A DNA stretch of 64,000 nucleotides from Chloroflexota bacterium. GTDB lineage: Bacteria; Chloroflexota; UBA6077; CF-72. Shown piece by piece: positions 19,976-30,436 of the stretch. Numbering within the stretch: position 1 is the stretch's first letter; each line of letters opens with the position of its first letter. The position numbers were made by a program, and so were the translations under genes. The stretch is taken from positions 12,741-76,740 of the forward strand of contig JAFAZN010000231.1 of the NCBI GenBank assembly GCA_019239775.1. Direction: 5' to 3'. Under the pieces are notes generated by a model. That model made no database searches. It was given only the letters and a program-made list of their open reading frames with translations, and was not told the DNA's origin.

Positions 19976-20719
19976 TTGACCCGAGTTTTACGCGTACTCC
20001 CAGTTGTGTTCATCGTGCTGCTGACCGCCTGCGGCCAGAACGCGGCGCCACCGGCACCAACGTCCGCGGCCGCCAAGCCGGCGACAACGCCACCATCTGC
20101 AGGCCAGATCAGCAGTGGGCTGAGCCCACTTCCGCAACCATCCGCCTCACCGTCGAGCAGCGGCTCGCCGGCGGCCCAAGGAGCAGCTGTGTCGTCTTCC
20201 GCACCTAAACAGTTCTCGGCGCCCCCGCCGATGACTATCGATCCGTCGAAGAAATATACGGCAACAATCGATACCAGCATGGGCACCATGCATGCCGATT
20301 TGTTCGCCAGTGAAGCGCCAATGACCGTGAACAACTTCGTCTTTCTGGCGCAGCAGCATTTCTACGATGGTGTCACCTTTCACCGCGTCATCAACAACTT
20401 CATGATCCAGACCGGTGATCCAACTGGCACAGGAACTGGCGGGCCTGGCTATCGCTTCAACGACGAGCCCGTCAAACGTCAGTATGTACGCGGCACATTA
20501 GCGATGGCTAATGCGGGGCCAAACACCAACGGATCGCAGTTCTTTATCGTCCAGAAAGACTATCCGCTGCCGCCGAACTACACCATCTTCGGTCAGCTGA
20601 GTGACGGTCAAGATGTGCTGGACAAGATCGCAACGTCACCAACGGGTCCAGGTAAAGGTGGACCTGATACGCCAAAGACGCCAATCACGATCAACTCGAT
20701 CACAATCAGCGAGTCGTAA
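19976..20719 (+). CDS. cyclophilin-type peptidyl-prolyl isomerase, lipoprotein
   Basis: TTG start. Signal with lipobox LLTAC, a Pro/Ser linker, then HRVINNFMIQTGDPTGTGTGGPGYRFNDE. Confidence 0.9.
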   Translation: MTRVLRVLPVVFIVLLTACGQNAAPPAPTSAAAKPATTPPSAGQISSGLSPLPQPSASPSSSGSPAAQGAAVSSSAPKQFSAPPPMTIDPSKKYTATIDTSMGTMHADLFASEAPMTVNNFVFLAQQHFYDGVTFHRVINNFMIQTGDPTGTGTGGPGYRFNDEPVKRQYVRGTLAMANAGPNTNGSQFFIVQKDYPLPPNYTIFGQLSDGQDVLDKIATSPTGPGKGGPDTPKTPITINSITISES

Positions 20720-20722
20720 GAC

Positions 20723-21901
20723 CTAGCCGACCAGGCTAGGGGTCACTTCGCGGACGCGCTCCACAATGGCCGGCAGCACGTCGATCAGCCGCTCGACGTC
20801 GCCCTCGGTGGTGCGGACTCCCGTGGTCAAGCGCAGGCTGCCGCGGGCCTGCGCCTCGGGCAGGCCGAGTGCGCACAGGACGTGCGAGATCTCCAGCGTG
20901 CCAGACGTGCAGGCCGAGCCGCTGGACGCGTAGATGCCCTCCTGGTCGAGGTTCAACAGCAACGACTCGCCATCTGCGCCGTCAATGGCGAAGCTCGCGC
21001 TATTGGGCATCCTGTCAGTGGGGTGCCCGGTGAGCTGCGAGCCGTCAATCCTCGAAGTGACGCCGTCGATGAGGCGGTCGCGCAACGCGGACACGTGTGC
21101 GACCCGTTGCGAGAGCTCCGCATAGGCAAGTTCGAGAGCCACGGTCATCCCAACGATGTAGGCCACGTTTTCGGTCCCCGCGCGGATGCCCCGCTCCTGA
21201 CCGCCGCCACTGAGCAAGTGGACGAGCGGCGTACCGCGGCGAAGGTACAGCAGCCCAACCCCCTTCGGTGCGTAGAACTTGTGGCCAGAGAGCGCCAGCG
21301 CATCCACCCCGAGGGCTTCAACGTCCAGCGGCAGCAGACCGCCAGCCTGAACCGCATCGGTGTGAACCACGGTTAGCGGGTTCACCGCCTTCACCGCGCG
21401 GGCAATCTCGGCGACTGGCTCGATCGTGCCCACCTCGTTGTTGGCGTACATAATCGACACCACCGCTGTATCGGGTCGTACCGCCGCGGTCATGTCGGCC
21501 GGATCAACCCGGCCGTAACCGTCGACGTCGACGTAGGTGATCTCGAAACCCATGTGCTGGGCGAGCCATTCGCAGGCGTGCAGAACGGCGTGGTGCTCCA
21601 CCCGCGAGGTGACCACGTGCCGCCAGCCGCGCTGCTCGGCCATGGCCATCGCGCAGCCCTTGATCGCAAGGTTGTCGCTCTCGCTGCCACAGCCCGTGAA
21701 GATGATCTCGTTCGCGCGCGCATTCAGGATTTGCGCGCAGCGATCGCGGGCATTGTCGAGGGCTCGCCTGGCGCGCCGGCCGACCGCGTAGACACTCGAC
21801 GGGTTGCCCCATGTCTCGATCCAGAACGGCCGCATGGCCTCGAACACGCGCGGATCGACGGGCGTCGTGGCCGCGTTGTCCAGGTAAACGGTGTCGGCCA
21901 T
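20723..21901 (-). CDS. class-V PLP cysteine desulfurase (NifS/IscS-like)
   Basis: YLDNAATTP..., PLP lysine context SGHKFYAPKGVG, active-site loop SSGSACTSG. Confidence 0.9.
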   Translation of the reverse strand: MADTVYLDNAATTPVDPRVFEAMRPFWIETWGNPSSVYAVGRRARRALDNARDRCAQILNARANEIIFTGCGSESDNLAIKGCAMAMAEQRGWRHVVTSRVEHHAVLHACEWLAQHMGFEITYVDVDGYGRVDPADMTAAVRPDTAVVSIMYANNEVGTIEPVAEIARAVKAVNPLTVVHTDAVQAGGLLPLDVEALGVDALALSGHKFYAPKGVGLLYLRRGTPLVHLLSGGGQERGIRAGTENVAYIVGMTVALELAYAELSQRVAHVSALRDRLIDGVTSRIDGSQLTGHPTDRMPNSASFAIDGADGESLLLNLDQEGIYASSGSACTSGTLEISHVLCALGLPEAQARGSLRLTTGVRTTEGDVERLIDVLPAIVERVREVTPSLVG

Positions 21902-21913
21902 CTCAGCGGAATT

Positions 21914-22546
21914 CTAGCCCTGTTCGAGCGGAATCCGCCTGATCTCATTACGGGCGAAGTCCACCAGTGCAACGCTCGGCCCGCCTTTACCCGGGAACGG
22001 AAGTCCCGTCGTGCCGACGTTGATGCAGTAATACGCGGCTGCGTCGATGGGTACACACTCCGTTTCGACGAGGACCGGACCTTCACCGTCGAGCCGCCTT
22101 CTCCACACGCGCGCGTGGTGGCTGTGGCCGAACGCCCAGAGCCGAGCGCTATGCCGCTCGAGCTCGGGCCACACCCTTGCGAACTGACGGTTGATCTGGG
22201 ATGTGCTCAGCGACGGGGTGAGGCGCGAATCGCCGTGGCTGAGCAGGAGTTGATCTGCCTGGGCGGTTCTCGGCAGCCCAAGGACATACTCCCTGGAAGC
22301 GAGGGAGACGCGGTCCTGCCAGTCGAGGTCGCGGTTGCCGACGATCGCGATGTCCGCAAGCGCTCTGATCTTTGCGATACACCGGTCCGAATCGCCGCGG
22401 CCGAGGTAGTCACCCAAGAACGCCAATCGGTTGGCACCGGCCTGTTCCAGCAAGCGCAGCGCCTGCTCCAGCGCGGCGTAGTTGCCATGAACGTCGGAGA
22501 TCAAGCCCCAAGCGTCGCCAACCATCGCGCTCAGTGTCCCACACAA
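21914..22546 (-). CDS. calcineurin-like metallophosphoesterase
   Basis: ISDVHGN, FLGDYLGRG, GNRD and GHSH motifs. Confidence 0.75.
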   Translation of the reverse strand: MCGTLSAMVGDAWGLISDVHGNYAALEQALRLLEQAGANRLAFLGDYLGRGDSDRCIAKIRALADIAIVGNRDLDWQDRVSLASREYVLGLPRTAQADQLLLSHGDSRLTPSLSTSQINRQFARVWPELERHSARLWAFGHSHHARVWRRRLDGEGPVLVETECVPIDAAAYYCINVGTTGLPFPGKGGPSVALVDFARNEIRRIPLEQG

Positions 22547-22686
22547 AAATTGACATGACCGTTTACAGGATTCCGGTCATGTTGTTAGACTCGGACGCAG
22601 GTGCGACGGTCGCTCGGGCGCGAGCGCCGCACTGGCCGGTTCGACCCTTGGCCGGCGTCACTGCCACGCCCCATCTGAGGTGTGCC

Positions 22687-24402
22687 ATGTCTGTCGTCCT
22701 CGGTACTTCTATGTCCTTAGCTCAACCTGTCCTCGAACCGACTCCTCAAACGCCATTTGGTGCGGTTGTGGCGCGCCAGCTGTCGGTGTGGCCCTTTGGG
22801 GCCCGCACCGCGCGGCTGTTCGTGCTGGTCGATCCGTCGCTTGCCAGCCAGAGCCTGCGCAACGGTCTGTTGCGAGCGATGCAGCAGGGCTACTTTGGCT
22901 CGGACGGCTATTCGCAAACGCGTGCGGTGCGGGAGGCGGCGCTGGCCGCGCACTACGTCTTGCGCCACCACAACCGCGACGTTCTGCCGCTGAACCAGGT
23001 CAATGCCGCGTCCGCGGTCGCGGCTCTGCGCGGGAACGTCGCTTTCGTTGCGCTGGCCGGCCACGCCGCCGCGTTCGGCTGGCATGACGGTGAGCTGACC
23101 GCTCAGCGAGGGATCTTGCGGCTGCCGCGGCCACTCGGCCTCGAGCAGGACCCTGTGATCGCGCTGTGGCGCACGCCACTCACGGAGCCGGGCGATCGGC
23201 TAGTACTGGTGTGTGGCGCGAGTTGGCCGCCGGATGCCGAGCAACAGGTCCGAACGATCCTTGCCTCGACGCCGTCCACCACCGAGGCCGAGCAAAAACT
23301 TGCCCAGGTTCTCGGCGACACGCGTCCAGCGAGCGTGCTCGTGATCGCGCCGCATACGCGCGCGCCACACCTTCGCCTTGTGCCAACCTCCGAGCCGCTC
23401 GCCTCAGATACGCCGGCGCCCACGCCACCTGCCAGGCGGTCCAGTCCAATTCGGTGGCTCGCGACGGCCCTGGGCGCCCTGCTGTTCGGCCTGCTCGCGC
23501 TTGGTGCACTGGCGATGTCGCCGCACACGGTGTTGCCCACCGAACGCGTGGACGCCCTCAGCCCGCGTATGGCGGTCCGTCTAGGCGGCGCAGCGGCAAA
23601 CGTGGATGATCTCGCCGTCGGCAACGCCGCACTGTACACGCTCGACGCGGTCGAAGGCGCAGTACGGGCGTATGCGCTTGACGCGACCGAGCAGCGGCCT
23701 GGCCCTGAGACATTGCTCGCGCGCGCTGGCACCTGGTTCGCTGGCGCCAGTCGTCCCCTGGCCGAGCCAGTCGCAATCGAATACCTCCCTGGCTCGCCAG
23801 GTTCGCTGGCGGTCATCGATCAGTCTCGAACGCTGATGCAGCTCGGCGACGACGGCACGTCGAGCACGCTCGACGTTCCCACCTCAACATCGTGGCAAGA
23901 GCTCGGCGCCCTGGGCACGGGCGCGGCTGGTGAGCTGCTGTTCTTGGACAGCCGTGCCCGCCAATTACTGGCGTATGCGGCCTCCGGCCAGACCGTCCTC
24001 GATCCTCCGCGGCGCCTTCTGGACGGCGCGTCTCTTACAGGTCTGCGCTTCGAGCGGGTTGCGCAGGTCATTGGGACGCCGGACTCGGTCGTGATGCGAC
24101 TCGACGACGGAACGGTCCACCGGGTCAACTCGAACGGACTCGATCAGTTGCTCCAGCTTCCCGCGGTTGGCGGCACCACGTCGGCGATCAGCGCCATCGC
24201 GTCCGATCGCTTTGGTGGCATCTATCTGGCCGACCCGCTCGATGCGCGGGTGGTACAGACAACACTTGATGGCACGCTGGTGCGGCAGCTGCGAGCGCCC
24301 GCGCTGGCCGGCGTACGCGCGATCGAAGTTAGTCTGGATGGCCGCCGGCTGTACGCACTGGTTGCCACGGGGGTCCTGGTCGCCGATATTCCCGCGTTGT
24401 GA
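22687..24402 (+). CDS. single-pass membrane protein with a cytoplasmic N-domain and a C-terminal NHL/beta-propeller-like repeat region
   Basis: In-frame ATG at 22687. The track start at 22372 lies inside the divergent gene. TM helix WLATALGALLFGLLALGALAM. Repeats such as LYTLDAVEGAVRAYAL, LLFLDSRARQLLAY and GGIYLADPLDARVVQTTLDG. The exact start is uncertain (22555, 22687 or 22710). Confidence 0.6.
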   Translation: MSVVLGTSMSLAQPVLEPTPQTPFGAVVARQLSVWPFGARTARLFVLVDPSLASQSLRNGLLRAMQQGYFGSDGYSQTRAVREAALAAHYVLRHHNRDVLPLNQVNAASAVAALRGNVAFVALAGHAAAFGWHDGELTAQRGILRLPRPLGLEQDPVIALWRTPLTEPGDRLVLVCGASWPPDAEQQVRTILASTPSTTEAEQKLAQVLGDTRPASVLVIAPHTRAPHLRLVPTSEPLASDTPAPTPPARRSSPIRWLATALGALLFGLLALGALAMSPHTVLPTERVDALSPRMAVRLGGAAANVDDLAVGNAALYTLDAVEGAVRAYALDATEQRPGPETLLARAGTWFAGASRPLAEPVAIEYLPGSPGSLAVIDQSRTLMQLGDDGTSSTLDVPTSTSWQELGALGTGAAGELLFLDSRARQLLAYAASGQTVLDPPRRLLDGASLTGLRFERVAQVIGTPDSVVMRLDDGTVHRVNSNGLDQLLQLPAVGGTTSAISAIASDRFGGIYLADPLDARVVQTTLDGTLVRQLRAPALAGVRAIEVSLDGRRLYALVATGVLVADIPAL

Positions 24403-25427
24403 CGCGCATTCTGGGCATTGAGACCAGCTGCGACGAGACGGCGGTCGCCATTGTCCGGGACGGGTGCGATATCGAATCGAACGTCATCGCCTCCCAAATC
24501 GATCTCCACGCGCGCTACGGCGGTGTCATGCCCGAGCAGGCTTCGCGAGCCCACCTGCGCGCGATCCTGCCCACCCTGGAAGAGGCGCTTGCGTCGGCGC
24601 ACGCTGATTGGTCCTCACTGGATGCAGTCGCTGTCACCCATGGTCCAGGTCTGGCTGGTGCCCTTCTCGTTGGCGTAAATGTCGCCAAGGGCCTGGCGTT
24701 CGCTCAGAAAAAGCCGCTCCTCGGGATCAACCACCTGGAAGGCCACGTGTACGCCAACTGGCTGGACGCGGTTGAGGCACCAGACTTTCCACTTGTGGGC
24801 CTGATTGTCTCGGGTGGCCACACCGATCTCGTGTTGGCAGATGCTCACGGTCGCTACCGTAGGCTTGGCCGCACTCGCGACGATGCGGCTGGCGAAGCCT
24901 TCGACAAGGTTGCGCGCATGCTCGGCCTGGGCTTCCCCGGCGGGCCACTTATCGAGCGAGCCGCACAGGATGGCGACCCCCTCCGTTTTCGATTTCCTCG
25001 GGCGTGGCTGGAGCCAGACACCTGGGACGTATCTTTCTCGGGGTTGAAGACCGCCGTCCTCCACGGGGTCCGCGACCTTGGCATTGACACGGACCACGCC
25101 ACCCCGCAGGAGCGCCTTGCGAAGCTACCAGTTGCGGACCTCGCCGCGAGCTTCCAGGCGGCTGTCGTCGACGTGCTCGCGACCCGGGCGGTGCGCGCCG
25201 CCAGGGTTTTCGGCGCAAGTCGTCTCGTTCTGGGAGGTGGAGTTGCGGCTAATCGCACGCTCCTGAAGACCATCTCGGAGCGCGCTGACGTTCAGGTGCT
25301 GTGTCCGCCGCCGGCGTTGTGCACCGACAACGCCGCGATGATCGCTGCGGCGGCCTACTTCCGCTTCCGCGCCGGCGAGCGCTCCACTCTCGCCCTGGAC
25401 GTCGAGCCCAACCTTCCGATCGCCTGA
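24399..25427 (+). CDS. tsaD: tRNA N6-adenosine threonylcarbamoyltransferase TsaD
   Basis: ILGIETSCDETAVAIV..., 342 aa. Its GTG start overlaps the upstream stop (GTGA). Confidence 0.95.
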   Translation: MTRILGIETSCDETAVAIVRDGCDIESNVIASQIDLHARYGGVMPEQASRAHLRAILPTLEEALASAHADWSSLDAVAVTHGPGLAGALLVGVNVAKGLAFAQKKPLLGINHLEGHVYANWLDAVEAPDFPLVGLIVSGGHTDLVLADAHGRYRRLGRTRDDAAGEAFDKVARMLGLGFPGGPLIERAAQDGDPLRFRFPRAWLEPDTWDVSFSGLKTAVLHGVRDLGIDTDHATPQERLAKLPVADLAASFQAAVVDVLATRAVRAARVFGASRLVLGGGVAANRTLLKTISERADVQVLCPPPALCTDNAAMIAAAAYFRFRAGERSTLALDVEPNLPIA

Positions 25428-25435
25428 CTAAACGG

Positions 25436-25462
25436 CTAGCACTCTACCGTTGCAAGTGCTAA
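25436..25462. promoter_or_regulatory. CIRCE-like inverted repeat (imperfect)
   Basis: CTAGCACTC-N9-AAGTGCTAA versus the consensus TTAGCACTC-N9-GAGTGCTAA. Confidence 0.6.
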
Positions 25463-25488
25463 TTGAAGCTTGCTAGAGTAGGGTCTGC

Positions 25489-25515
25489 TTAGCACTCGCA
25501 CACCAAGAGTGCTAA
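25489..25515. promoter_or_regulatory. CIRCE operator (HrcA binding site), perfect consensus
   Basis: TTAGCACTC-gcacaccaa-GAGTGCTAA, 36 nt upstream of the groES ATG. Confidence 0.9.
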
Positions 25516-25551
25516 ATGTTTCAACGATTTTCGGAGGGAGAGGGACATCGC

Positions 25552-25860
25552 ATGGCGAGTCTCAACCTGCGCCCCCTCGGTGATCGGGTGGTGGTCAAGC
25601 CACTCGAACGCGAGGAGGTCACCGCGAGCGGCATCGTGCTGCCCGATACCGCCAAGGAAAAGCCCCAGCAGGGCGAAGTTCTGGCAGTTGGACCAGGCCG
25701 GGTGCTCGACACCGGCGAACGCGTCGTGCCCGATGTCAAGCAGGGCGAAAGGGTTCTCTTCGCCAAGTACTCGGGCACTGAGTTCAAGCTCGAACAGGAC
25801 GAGCTGCTGATTTTGCGCGAGTCCGACATTCTGGCCATCGTCACCTCGAACGGGAAGTAG
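25552..25860 (+). CDS. groES: co-chaperonin GroES
   Basis: [17 protein letters not shown]... The ATG is preceded by GGAGGGAGAGGG. The track start at 25516 lies inside CIRCE. Confidence 0.95.
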   Translation: MASLNLRPLGDRVVVKPLEREEVTASGIVLPDTAKEKPQQGEVLAVGPGRVLDTGERVVPDVKQGERVLFAKYSGTEFKLEQDELLILRESDILAIVTSNGK

Positions 25861-27498
<1,638 letters not shown>

Positions 27499-27500
27499 GC

Positions 27501-27541
27501 GGGGATTTGAAAGGGGCGCAGCCCCTTTGACCCCCGGAGGA
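27501..27541 (+). repeat. Copy 1 of a ~45-nt hairpin-containing intergenic element
   Basis: GGGGATTTGAAAGGGGCGCAGCCCCTTTGACCCCCGGAGGAAA aligns with 28912-28958. Confidence 0.7.
27510..27528. terminator. Hairpin between convergent groEL and the aminotransferase gene
   Basis: AAAGGGGC-gca-GCCCCTTT, a perfect 8-bp stem with A/T runs on both sides (bidirectional intrinsic terminator geometry). Confidence 0.7.
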
Positions 27542-27544
27542 AAT

Positions 27545-28897
27545 TTAGGCGAGGCCTTCGCGCTGGAGCGCTTCGAGCGACCGGTCGAAGGCCTCAACTG
27601 TCTTTGCCAGTTCGGCGTCTTCGTGGACGATCGAGGTGAAGCCGCCGCTGCGCATGAGGTCCACGCCGTTGAGCAGCATGGCCTTTCGGAGCGTATTCAC
27701 AGCGCCACGCCCCGCCATCAGACGTTGCACGTCAGTGGTGGCGACAGCCTCTTCCATACCCTCGCCGAGCAGGATCTGAAAGACTGAGGCTTCGCCCAGG
27801 ACGACGCCCGCGACGCCACGTCGTTCGAACACGTCGCGTAGTGCCACACGCAGTTGCTCACCAGCCTCAGCGGCCTGCTGCGTAGGCCAACCTTCACCCA
27901 CGAGTTGAAGCGCCGTCAAGCCAGCGGCCGCTGACATAGGGTTGGCGTTGAAGGTGCCCTGCTGCAGCACGCGCTCGTAGCGATCGTGATGCAGCTCGCC
28001 GGTGAACGATTGCACGTTCAGGATGTCGTGCTTACCAACCACCGCGCCGCCAGGCAGTCCGCCGGCCACGATCTTGGCAAGCGTCGTGACATCGGGGGTT
28101 ACGCCGTAGAGCTGCTGCGCACCACCCGGTGAGTAGCGGAACCCGGTGATGACCTCATCAAAAATCAACACCACGTTCCGTTCCGTACATAGTGTCCGCA
28201 ACTGCTTCAGGAAGTCCACGTTCGTCGGGATGATGCCGTTCGAGCCGCCCCCAGGTTCGACGATGACCGCGGCTACCTCACCAGGATGCGCATCCAGCAG
28301 CTCGCGAACAGACTCGATGTTGTTGGGATACGCCACGAGCATTGATTGCGCGACTCCAGCAGGCACTCCTGTAGACGTAGGCGTGTCGAACGGCGGCTGA
28401 TACCCCGCCATGGCGTAGTCGTGCCAGCCATGGAAATGGCCCGCAAAGCGGATGACCTTCTCGCGCCCGGTATACGCCCGCGCGTCGCGCATCGCGAGCA
28501 TGGTCGCTTCGGTGCCACTCATGGTGAAGCGCACCCATTCCGCGCTGGGTATCAGTCGCTGGATTTGCTCCGCCCAGGCAACTTCCAGCTCGTGGCACGC
28601 GCCGTAGTGGGTCCCGCGATGCACCTGTTCGGCCACCGCCGCGACGACATCAGGATGGTTGTGCCCCAACAGCAGCGCGCCGTGGCCCATCCAGTGGTCC
28701 AGCAATTCGTTGCCGTCCACGTCCCACTTGCGGCTGCCCTCGGCACGTTCCACGTAGATGGGAAAGGGCGCGAAGTTGCGGCTATCGTGGGTGATGCCGC
28801 CCGCAATCGCGGCGCGCGACCGCTGGTACAGCTCCGCCGACTTCGAGAATCGTTTGCGAAAGGAGTCGTCAATGGTTGACGGAGTTGTCACAGCCAT
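27545..28897 (-). CDS. class-III PLP aminotransferase (glutamate-1-semialdehyde aminomutase-like)
   Basis: ~450 aa with family-typical blocks (GGITHDSR..., FDEVITGFRYSPGGAQ). ATG at 28897 (MAVTTPS) is preferred over the TTG at 28924, which lies inside the repeat element. Confidence 0.8.
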   Translation of the reverse strand: MAVTTPSTIDDSFRKRFSKSAELYQRSRAAIAGGITHDSRNFAPFPIYVERAEGSRKWDVDGNELLDHWMGHGALLLGHNHPDVVAAVAEQVHRGTHYGACHELEVAWAEQIQRLIPSAEWVRFTMSGTEATMLAMRDARAYTGREKVIRFAGHFHGWHDYAMAGYQPPFDTPTSTGVPAGVAQSMLVAYPNNIESVRELLDAHPGEVAAVIVEPGGGSNGIIPTNVDFLKQLRTLCTERNVVLIFDEVITGFRYSPGGAQQLYGVTPDVTTLAKIVAGGLPGGAVVGKHDILNVQSFTGELHHDRYERVLQQGTFNANPMSAAAGLTALQLVGEGWPTQQAAEAGEQLRVALRDVFERRGVAGVVLGEASVFQILLGEGMEEAVATTDVQRLMAGRGAVNTLRKAMLLNGVDLMRSGGFTSIVHEDAELAKTVEAFDRSLEALQREGLA

Positions 28898-28911
28898 ATC
28901 TGAAGTGTAAA

Positions 28912-28958
28912 GGGGGGATTTCAAAGGGGGCGTCAGCCACCTTTGACCCTCGGAGAGA
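28912..28958 (+). repeat. Copy 2 of the ~45-nt hairpin-containing intergenic element
   Basis: GGGGGGATTTCAAAGGGGGCGTCAGCCACCTTTGACCCTCGGAGAGAA, in the same orientation as copy 1, with a few mismatches and two 1-nt indels. Confidence 0.7.
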
Positions 28959-28990
28959 ACCTCTTTGGCGGAGCGAAGCGGTCGCTCGTA

Positions 28991-29785
28991 CTAGTCGCGG
29001 TCGCCGCGGAGGGTAAGGATGTCGGGCCCATCGGCGGTGATGGCGACGGTGTGCTCGAAGTGACAGCTCAGGCTGCCGTCAACGGTGACAGCGGTCCATC
29101 CGTCCTCGAGCATGCGGACCTGGGCCGAGCCAAGATTGACCTGCGGCTCGATGGCGATAACCATGCCTGGCCGGAGCACCGGGCCGCGTCCCGCGGGTCC
29201 GTGGTGTTGCACCTGTGGCGCCTCGTGCATGTTCCGCCCGACGCCGTGACCGACAAAGTCGCGCACCACGTTCATGCGGTGCACTTTGACGTGCGCCTCG
29301 ATCGCCGCACCGATGTCGCTGAGGCGATTGCCCGGGCGCGCCTGGGCGATGCCGTGGAACAGCGCCTCCTGGGTGACCTGTACCAGCTCGCGGGCACGCT
29401 CCGAGAGCGTGTCGAGGCCGCCGATGGCGAAGCAGTGCGTACTGTCGCCCACATAACCGCGGTAACGGGCAGCGACGTCAACCTTAACCAGGTCGCCGCG
29501 CTTCAGCTTGCGCGGCCCGGGGATGCCGTGGACGACCTCGTCGTTGACCGAGACGCAAATATGGCCCGGGTAGCCAAAGTAGCCCAGCGCCGTCGATTCG
29601 GCGCCAACTTCCTTGAACTTGTGCGCGGCAATCTCATCCAGGTCGCGCGTGGTCATGCCCACTTCGGCTTCCGCCTCGAGGATCCGAATGGTGTCGGCCA
29701 CCACCTGGCCTGCCTCGCGCATGATCGCAATCTCGCGCGGTGATTTAAGGACGATCGTATTGTCCGCGGTCGGCTTGAGATGCAT
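28991..29785 (-). CDS. map: type I methionine aminopeptidase
   Basis: 264 aa with family-typical blocks (VCVSVNDEVVHGIP, DVAARYRGYVGD, HGVGRNMHE, AIEPQV). Confidence 0.9.
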   Translation of the reverse strand: MHLKPTADNTIVLKSPREIAIMREAGQVVADTIRILEAEAEVGMTTRDLDEIAAHKFKEVGAESTALGYFGYPGHICVSVNDEVVHGIPGPRKLKRGDLVKVDVAARYRGYVGDSTHCFAIGGLDTLSERARELVQVTQEALFHGIAQARPGNRLSDIGAAIEAHVKVHRMNVVRDFVGHGVGRNMHEAPQVQHHGPAGRGPVLRPGMVIAIEPQVNLGSAQVRMLEDGWTAVTVDGSLSCHFEHTVAITADGPDILTLRGDRD

Positions 29786-29818
29786 CGGGCGCGTCTATGT
29801 ATAGCAGAATGCGAACGC

Positions 29819-30436
29819 GTGGCTTTTATTCTGGGATTGACTGGCAACATCGCGTGCGGCAAGAGCAGCGTCGGCGCGCTACTGGCCGAACGCTACGCCG
29901 CCGACTACCTGGACGCGGACCGCATCGTTCACTCGCTGTACGCGGCCGCGACGCCCGAAACGCAGGCGATCGCCGGCCGTTTTGGCAGCGATCTGCTCAA
30001 ACCTGATGGCACCATCGACAGGCGCCGCTTGGGCGACATCGTCATGGCCGACCGCGGCGCGCTGCGCGAGCTGGAGCAGATTCTCGACCCGGGCGTGAGA
30101 GCCGCTATCGAAGCGCGCTTCGCCAACTCAACAGCGCCAGTCGTCGTGCTGGATGCCATTCGCCTCATCGAGGGCGGTCTCTACCAACGCTGCAACGCGG
30201 TCTGGGTCGTGACGTGCAATCCCGATGTGCAGGTGGAGCGGCTGAAGCAAACACGCAGCTTCAGTGAGGAGCAAGCGCGTCTGCGCGTTTCAGCCCAAGG
30301 GCCCGTGGAGGAGAAGCTGCGTCACGCAACCGCGGTGATCACCAATGACCGAAGTGTCGAAGAGCTCCATGACCAGGTTCAGCGGGCGTGGGCCGAGACG
30401 GTCCGGCCCTATTTGCTCCAGGACAGTCCGCCGTAG
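29819..30436 (+). CDS. coaE: dephospho-CoA kinase
   Basis: VAFILGLTGNIACGKSSV P-loop at the N-terminus. GTG at 29819 is preferred because the track start at 29780 overlaps the divergent map start. Confidence 0.85.
   Translation: MAFILGLTGNIACGKSSVGALLAERYAADYLDADRIVHSLYAAATPETQAIAGRFGSDLLKPDGTIDRRRLGDIVMADRGALRELEQILDPGVRAAIEARFANSTAPVVVLDAIRLIEGGLYQRCNAVWVVTCNPDVQVERLKQTRSFSEEQARLRVSAQGPVEEKLRHATAVITNDRSVEELHDQVQRAWAETVRPYLLQDSPP

Noticed and set aside
21554-22558. 334-aa plus-strand ORF spanning the cysteine desulfurase and phosphoesterase genes
   Set aside because: It crosses two well-supported minus-strand genes and their intergenic gap, and no motif is recognisable. Other shadow ORFs are rejected for the same reason, including 4840-6027, 9551-10345, 11119-11877, 12646-13284, 14466-15341, 15540-16208, 28943-29743, 33797-34657, 35968-36684, 36671-37402, 43115-43867, 48482-49309 and 51406-52035.
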